Source: Cyanobacteria bacterium auto_48_18 (GTDB lineage Bacteria > Cyanobacteriota > Vampirovibrionia > Obscuribacterales > Obscuribacteraceae). Taken from it: a DNA stretch of 64,000 bases. Position 1 is the first letter of the stretch. Each line of letters starts with the position of its first letter. A program made the translations under genes and the position numbers. This document shows, in pieces, positions 58,711 through 64,000 of the stretch. The stretch spans positions 207,743 through 271,742 of the forward strand of contig JAVHQC010000036.1 in assembly GCA_036170915.1 (NCBI GenBank). Direction: 5' to 3'. A model generated the notes under the pieces. That model saw only the letters and a program-made list of their open reading frames with translations, was not told where the DNA came from and searched no databases.

Positions 58711-59967
58711 CTAAGCATTGATTGAGCCTTCCGACAAATTGAAGCGCTTATGAATCAGCTTTACCGCTTCACGACCGTTTTTGGCCGGCGTCAAAATACT
58801 GACGCGCATGTCTCCGGTGGCTACCATTTGCACAGGAATGTCTGCCTCATGCAAAACTTCGAAAACTCCCGCCACCACTTCTGGACGATTAGTAAGGCGT
58901 CTGCCTACCACTGAAACTTTGGCAATATCAGTTTCGACTTGCATCAGCGGATTGCCGAGGCTCAAAGCCAGCGATTCGATTAATTGCTGCACTCTCGGTA
59001 GTGCCGCTTTTTCTACAGTGAAGACCAACTCTTGCGATGGCTCGTCTTCATGCTTAAGCACCATCACCATATCGGTTTGAATACCAAGCTCTTGCAGCCG
59101 CGTAAAGAGGGCGGAGATGCCTTCAAAAGGCTTACTCTCAGTGGCATTATCAAGACTCTTTAAAGTGATGATGGCCGAATTCATATCGCAAGAAATTCCA
59201 GCTATCGTGTATTCAGGTGATACCACCCGATGAGTAATTAGCGTGCCCACATCTTCAGGTACAAAAGTTGAGCGCACTCTGATTGATACTTGGTTGTCCA
59301 TTGCGAGTTCTACCGATCTAGCATTCATCACCTGTGCTCCCGTGGCAGCAAGTTCTAACATCTCTTCATAACTGACCGACGGCAATTTTCTGGCATCAGA
59401 AACAATTCTCGGATCAGCTGTATAAACTCCCCTTACATCAGTATAAATGTCGCAGCGATCAGCGCCCAGAGCCGCAGCTAATGCTACCGCCGTGGTGTCG
59501 GATCCGCCGCGACCGAGTGTGGTCAATTCATCATTTTCTGTAACGCCTTGAAAGCCCGCTACCACCGCAATTTCGCCCCTGGCGAGAGCCGACTCGAGAC
59601 GGTCTGTGCGCATCTCTTGAATCTTGGCCACACCATGGCGACCTTCAGTAATAATGCCGGCCTGAGCACCGGTAAATGATTTGGCTTCATAACCAAGAGT
59701 TTGAATGGCCATGGTCATCAGTGCGATCGATACCTGCTCGCCAGTGGCTAAGAGCATGTCCATCTCACGCGGATTGCGATCGCCCACCGTGGGCGTAATT
59801 TGCTCGGCTAAAGCAATCAAGTGATCGGTGGTATGCCCCATAGCTGATACCACAGTCGCGACTTCATGACCTTCAGATGCAGCTTTCACCACGATTTCGG
59901 CAGCTTTGCGAATTTTATTTACGTCAGCGACCGAAGTGCCACCAAACTTTTGAACCAGACGCGCCAT
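58711..59967 (-). CDS. lysC: Aspartate kinase with two ACT domains
   Basis: VQKFGGTSV, VVSAMG, GEQVS, GFQG, LGRGGSDTTA, DPR. Confidence 0.95.
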   Translation of the reverse strand: MARLVQKFGGTSVADVNKIRKAAEIVVKAASEGHEVATVVSAMGHTTDHLIALAEQITPTVGDRNPREMDMLLATGEQVSIALMTMAIQTLGYEAKSFTGAQAGIITEGRHGVAKIQEMRTDRLESALARGEIAVVAGFQGVTENDELTTLGRGGSDTTAVALAAALGADRCDIYTDVRGVYTADPRIVSDARKLPSVSYEEMLELAATGAQVMNARSVELAMDNQVSIRVRSTFVPEDVGTLITHRVVSPEYTIAGISCDMNSAIITLKSLDNATESKPFEGISALFTRLQELGIQTDMVMVLKHEDEPSQELVFTVEKAALPRVQQLIESLALSLGNPLMQVETDIAKVSVVGRRLTNRPEVVAGVFEVLHEADIPVQMVATGDMRVSILTPAKNGREAVKLIHKRFNLSEGSINA

Positions 59968-60125
59968 GAATTATACGAATTTACTCAAGTCTACAAATAG
60001 CCACATGACAATGATACTGGATGCTTCAGGGCAAAAGTAAAATCTTGGCCAAGAAAAATCTAATCTGCCCGCTACCGGGTGGGGTCGCTTCAGCCTTCTC
60101 CTGATACTCATGCGCTATTTATGAG

Positions 60126-61853
60126 CTATTCCTGCATCGGCACTCTAATATCTGTGTTATCTGCAAAGGCGATGGCTTCTTCATAACCGGCATCGACGTG
60201 ACGAATCACTCCCATACCAGGGTCTGTGGTCAGCACGCGAGTGAGGCGCTCGTGAGCTTCAGGGGTACCATCGGCGACGATTACCTGGCCGGAATGCAGT
60301 GAATAGCCCATTCCCACTCCACCACCGTGGTGCAACGAAACCCAGCTGGCACCACCCACGGCATTAATCAGAGCGTTCAGATAAACCCAATCGGCCACAG
60401 CGTCTGAGCCGTCTTTCATTGACTCGGTTTCGCGGTTAGGTGAAGCGACTGAGCCTGAATCAAGATGATCGCGTCCAATCACAATAGGCGCTTTGACTTT
60501 GCCTTGAGCAACGAGGTCGTTCATAATCAGGCCCATTTTCAGGCGATCGCCATAACCAAGCCAGCAGATACGAGCAGGCAAACCCTGGAATTTAACGCGC
60601 TCGGCCGCCAGCTTAATCCAGCGGCAAAGCGCAATATCGTCGGCAAAATTAGCAAGAATAGCTTCATCTATTACCGCTATATCGGCCGGATCGCCTGACA
60701 GTGCGGCCCAGCGGAAAGGACCTTTGCCTTCACAAAACAGTGGGCGAATGAAAGCTGGCACAAATCCGGGGAAGGCAAAAGCGTCTTTGACACCGTGATT
60801 AAAAGCTTCTTGACGAATATTGTTGCCGTAATCAAAAGTGATAACACCGCGTTTTTGAAATTCGAGCATGGCTTGAACGTGAGTGACAATGGCACTGTCA
60901 GCCAGTTTTAAATATTGGTCAGGATTAGCCTGACGCAATTCAGTAGCAGCGGTTGTCGACATGGCCTGGCCATTTTCTGACAATGGAATATAGCCATTGA
61001 GCGGATCATGGGCGGAAGTCTGATCTGTCAGTACATCAGGCAGGAAGCCCATCTTAAGCATCTGAGGTAGGAGCTGGGCAGCATTGCCATGCAATCCGAT
61101 AGAGAGCGCCTGGCCTTTACTTTTGGCGTCAGCAGCCAATTTTAATGCATGATCAAGGTTATCGGCCTGCACGTCTAAATATGCAGTCTCCAACCGTCTT
61201 TCAATGCGAGTTTGATCTGCTTCAATACAGATTGCCACTCCTTCATTCATTGTCACTGCCAGCGGTTGCGCACCGCCCATTCCACCCAAACCGGCCGTCA
61301 AAACAATGCGGCCTTTGAGAGTGCCACCATAATGTTTTCTAGCCAGCGACGCAAAAGTTTCGTAAGTGCCTTGCAAAATGCCTTGAGTGCCTATGTAAAT
61401 CCACGAACCGGCCGTCATCTGCCCGAACATCATCAGACCTTTTTTGTCTAGCTCGCGGAAATGCTCCCAGTTTGCCCAGTGGCCAACCAGATTGGAATTA
61501 GCAATCAACACCCGAGGAGCATTGCTGTGGCTTTTGAAAATGCCCACAGGCTTACCAGACTGAATGAGCAAAGTTTCATCATTTTCGAGGCCAATCAAAG
61601 CTTTGACGATCGCTTTGAAACAGGGCCAGTTGCGTGCAGCTTTGCCTGACCCGCCATAAACCACTAAATCGAGAGGCCGCTCAGCCACGTCAGGATCGAG
61701 GTTATTAAGCAGCATGCGCAGCGCCGCTTCTTGCACCCAACCTTTGGTGTTTAGTTTGACTCCGTGCGGTGCACGCACAAAAATCGGTTCTTCGGAAGCG
61801 AGGATGGCGGAAATCACTTCAGCGCCCGATTGAACCCCGGCAGTAGTGGTCAT
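60126..61853 (-). CDS. hutU: Urocanate hydratase
   Basis: [50 protein letters not shown]. Confidence 0.97.
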   Translation of the reverse strand: MTTTAGVQSGAEVISAILASEEPIFVRAPHGVKLNTKGWVQEAALRMLLNNLDPDVAERPLDLVVYGGSGKAARNWPCFKAIVKALIGLENDETLLIQSGKPVGIFKSHSNAPRVLIANSNLVGHWANWEHFRELDKKGLMMFGQMTAGSWIYIGTQGILQGTYETFASLARKHYGGTLKGRIVLTAGLGGMGGAQPLAVTMNEGVAICIEADQTRIERRLETAYLDVQADNLDHALKLAADAKSKGQALSIGLHGNAAQLLPQMLKMGFLPDVLTDQTSAHDPLNGYIPLSENGQAMSTTAATELRQANPDQYLKLADSAIVTHVQAMLEFQKRGVITFDYGNNIRQEAFNHGVKDAFAFPGFVPAFIRPLFCEGKGPFRWAALSGDPADIAVIDEAILANFADDIALCRWIKLAAERVKFQGLPARICWLGYGDRLKMGLIMNDLVAQGKVKAPIVIGRDHLDSGSVASPNRETESMKDGSDAVADWVYLNALINAVGGASWVSLHHGGGVGMGYSLHSGQVIVADGTPEAHERLTRVLTTDPGMGVIRHVDAGYEEAIAFADNTDIRVPMQE

Positions 61854-61985
61854 GTGAATTTTTCCTCTTGATCTGAGAGAATAAATGAAAATGCGCTGGC
61901 GCTCACGCTTAAGGATGGCGGTCGCAGGCGCAAATAATAGCTTACGAAAGCTGCTTTTGAAACGCAGACATGAAGAGGAAAATCA

Positions 61986-63608
61986 ATGGTTAAGGAATTA
62001 AGTAAAAAAGAGTCTAAGCGCGAAAAGACTTTTGAGACACTTTCCGGCATTCCTCTTAAAGCTGTCTACACGCCCGAAGACATCAAAGATCTCGACTATA
62101 AAACTGCGTTGAATGATCCCGGCCTCTTCCCTTATACGCGCGGCATTCACGACACTATGTATCGCGGCAAAATGTGGACAATGCGTCAATTTGCCGGTTT
62201 CGGCGGGCCAGAAGAAACCAATGCCCGTTTCAAATATTTGCTGGCTACCGGTCAAACCGGCTTATCTACAGCCTTTGACTTACCTACTTTGATGGGGCTT
62301 GATTCAGATAATCCTAAGTCTCACGGTGAAGTGGGCGTCTGCGGCGCGGCCATCGATTCACTCGAAGACATGGAGATTCTATATAGAGATCTTCCGTTGG
62401 ACAAAGTCTCCACATCAATGACCATCAATGGCCCTGCCGTCATCATTTATTGTATGTTCTTAGCCAATGCTCGCAAGCGCGGCTTTGATTGGAAGCTGCT
62501 GAACGGCACATTGCAGAACGATATTTTCAAAGAGTACACAGCGCAAAAAACTTATTTGATACCACCGCGCCCTGCGCTAAAGCTAATTCAAGATATGATG
62601 GTTTTCTGCACTGAAAATGTACCGCGCTGGAACACAATTTCTGTCTCCGGCTATCACATCCGCGAAGCTGGAGCTACCGCGGTTCAAGAATTGGCTTTCA
62701 CTCTGGCTGACGGCTTTGCCTATGTAGATGCCGGTTTAGATGCCGGTCTTAAACTCGATGATTTTGTTCCTCGTTTGTCATTCTTCTTCAATGCTCATAT
62801 CGATTTCTTTGAAGAAATTGCCAAATATCGTGCGGCAAGACGCATTTGGGCCAAACGTATGCGTGACCATTATGGTGCCAAAGACGAACGTTCATTGAAA
62901 CTACGTTTCCATACGCAAACAGCCGGATGCAGCCTGACAGCGCCTCAACCTGAAAACAACATCATTCGCACAACCATTGAAGCACTGGCTGGTGTGCTAG
63001 GTGGCACGCAATCATTGCACACCAATTCCATGGATGAAGTGCTTGGTTTACCTACTGAAAAAGCCGCTCACATTGCCCTGCGCACACAGCAAATTATTGC
63101 TTTTGAAACAGGCGTGGCTAATGTCTCAGACCCACTGGCAGGCTCGTATTATGTCGAATGGCTGACTGACGAAATGGAACGTGGTGCCAACGAATACTTC
63201 AAGCAAATTGAAGAACTTGGTGGTGTCATCGCCGGTATCGAAAGTGGTTTCTTTATGAAAGAGATTGCCGACTCTGCCTACAAATTTGAGCAGAAAATGC
63301 AATCAGGCGACAGAGTATTTGTTGGTCTGACAGGCTTCAAAGAAGAGGCTCCAGGAGCCAAGATAGAAGTACTTAAAATTGGTCTGGAATACGAAGAAAG
63401 ACAAGTCAATCGCCTCAAGTCATTGAAAGAACGCCGCGATAATGAAAAAGTGGCCAACACTCTTGCAGCTTTAAAGCAAGGCATGAAAGACGGCAAGAAT
63501 TCATTCCCGTTCTTGATGGACGCCGTAGAAGCTTATGCCACACTGGGCGAAATATGCGACGCTATGCGTGATGTATGGGGAGCCTACAGAGAAACTGCCG
63601 TTCTTTAA
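61986..63608 (+). CDS. icmA: B12-dependent acyl-CoA mutase large (substrate-binding) subunit, isobutyryl-CoA mutase-like
   Basis: PYTRG, WTMRQFAGFG, AFDLPT, QNDIFKEYTAQ, ISVSGYHIREAG. No DxHxxG cobalamin-binding domain. Confidence 0.75.
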   Translation: MVKELSKKESKREKTFETLSGIPLKAVYTPEDIKDLDYKTALNDPGLFPYTRGIHDTMYRGKMWTMRQFAGFGGPEETNARFKYLLATGQTGLSTAFDLPTLMGLDSDNPKSHGEVGVCGAAIDSLEDMEILYRDLPLDKVSTSMTINGPAVIIYCMFLANARKRGFDWKLLNGTLQNDIFKEYTAQKTYLIPPRPALKLIQDMMVFCTENVPRWNTISVSGYHIREAGATAVQELAFTLADGFAYVDAGLDAGLKLDDFVPRLSFFFNAHIDFFEEIAKYRAARRIWAKRMRDHYGAKDERSLKLRFHTQTAGCSLTAPQPENNIIRTTIEALAGVLGGTQSLHTNSMDEVLGLPTEKAAHIALRTQQIIAFETGVANVSDPLAGSYYVEWLTDEMERGANEYFKQIEELGGVIAGIESGFFMKEIADSAYKFEQKMQSGDRVFVGLTGFKEEAPGAKIEVLKIGLEYEERQVNRLKSLKERRDNEKVANTLAALKQGMKDGKNSFPFLMDAVEAYATLGEICDAMRDVWGAYRETAVL

Positions 63609-63618
63609 ACGAGAAGCA

Positions 63619-64000
63619 ATGCATAAAATTTTGCCCGCCTTTACTGTCGCGCTACTGACAATCTTCACTTTGTTATGCCCATCGGCACTAGCTGTGGAAA
63701 ACAAAAGAGATCAGGGCATCAAACTCTATAACGCCAAAAACTATAAAGATGCCGGCCGTTTACTGGACGAACACTTAACTGTTTATCCGCAGGATATTTA
63801 CGCTCTCTATTATGATGCATTGACCTGCCAGGGTCTCGGCAACATGGGTAAGGCCAAAATCTATTACAGGCAAGTGGCCACCCTTGCACCTAATCATCAA
63901 TTGGGTGGTTACGCGAAGGCAGTGTTGAGGCAGATTGATCCCAGCTTTAGCGGTGGTGGCGGTGGTTCAATATCGTCCGGGGCGGGAATCTCGACTGTCT
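63619..64000 (+). CDS. Secreted TPR protein, 3'-truncated by window edge
   Basis: My translation: MHKILPAFTVALLTIFTLLCPSALA-VENKRDQGIKLYNAKNYKDA...ALYYDAL...YYRQVATLAPN...SGGGGGS. Open to the window end. Confidence 0.8.
   Translation, partial: MHKILPAFTVALLTIFTLLCPSALAVENKRDQGIKLYNAKNYKDAGRLLDEHLTVYPQDIYALYYDALTCQGLGNMGKAKIYYRQVATLAPNHQLGGYAKAVLRQIDPSFSGGGGGSISSGAGISTV

Noticed and set aside
59968..60125. Lysine riboswitch upstream of lysC
   Set aside because: The region is too short and lacks the conserved AGAGGUGC core.

Overview
Gene-dense bacterial chromosomal window with about 50 CDSs, one tRNA-Thr(CGT) and one probable 6S-like structured RNA. I see no CRISPR array, transposase, integrase or phage genes. 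Cyanobacterial-type genes (DUF3370, short BON protein, RRM-type Rbp, single-PDZ HtrA) occur without photosynthesis genes, alongside many Hanks-type kinases, TPR/LRR proteins and futalosine-pathway mqnA. This suggests a non-photosynthetic cyanobacterial relative (Vampirovibrionia/Melainabacteria, Obscuribacterales-like); that assignment is inference only. Recognisable content: tail of a glycosyltransferase cluster, POT transporter, pgi, glutathione peroxidase, a nuclease-ligase-Lhr-Core-MPE DNA repair cluster split by a Na+/H+ antiporter, msrB, mqnA, pdp, a LipM/LplA-like ligase, a NitT/TauT ABC transporter, lysC, hutU and an IcmA-like acyl-CoA mutase. The best candidate for an undescribed system is a co-oriented signalling locus at about 35.2-45.0 kb. 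It contains two atypical membrane kinases, a frameshifted REC-HPt-REC-REC-GGDEF diguanylate cyclase, a stand-alone receiver, a protein made only of four MshEN-like repeats, and a secreted patatin lacking its catalytic Ser. Two other themes stand out: a modular secreted 'signal peptide-TPR-linker-effector' family (3 members) and several enzymes with substituted catalytic motifs. All calls come from reading motifs by eye; no searches were run.
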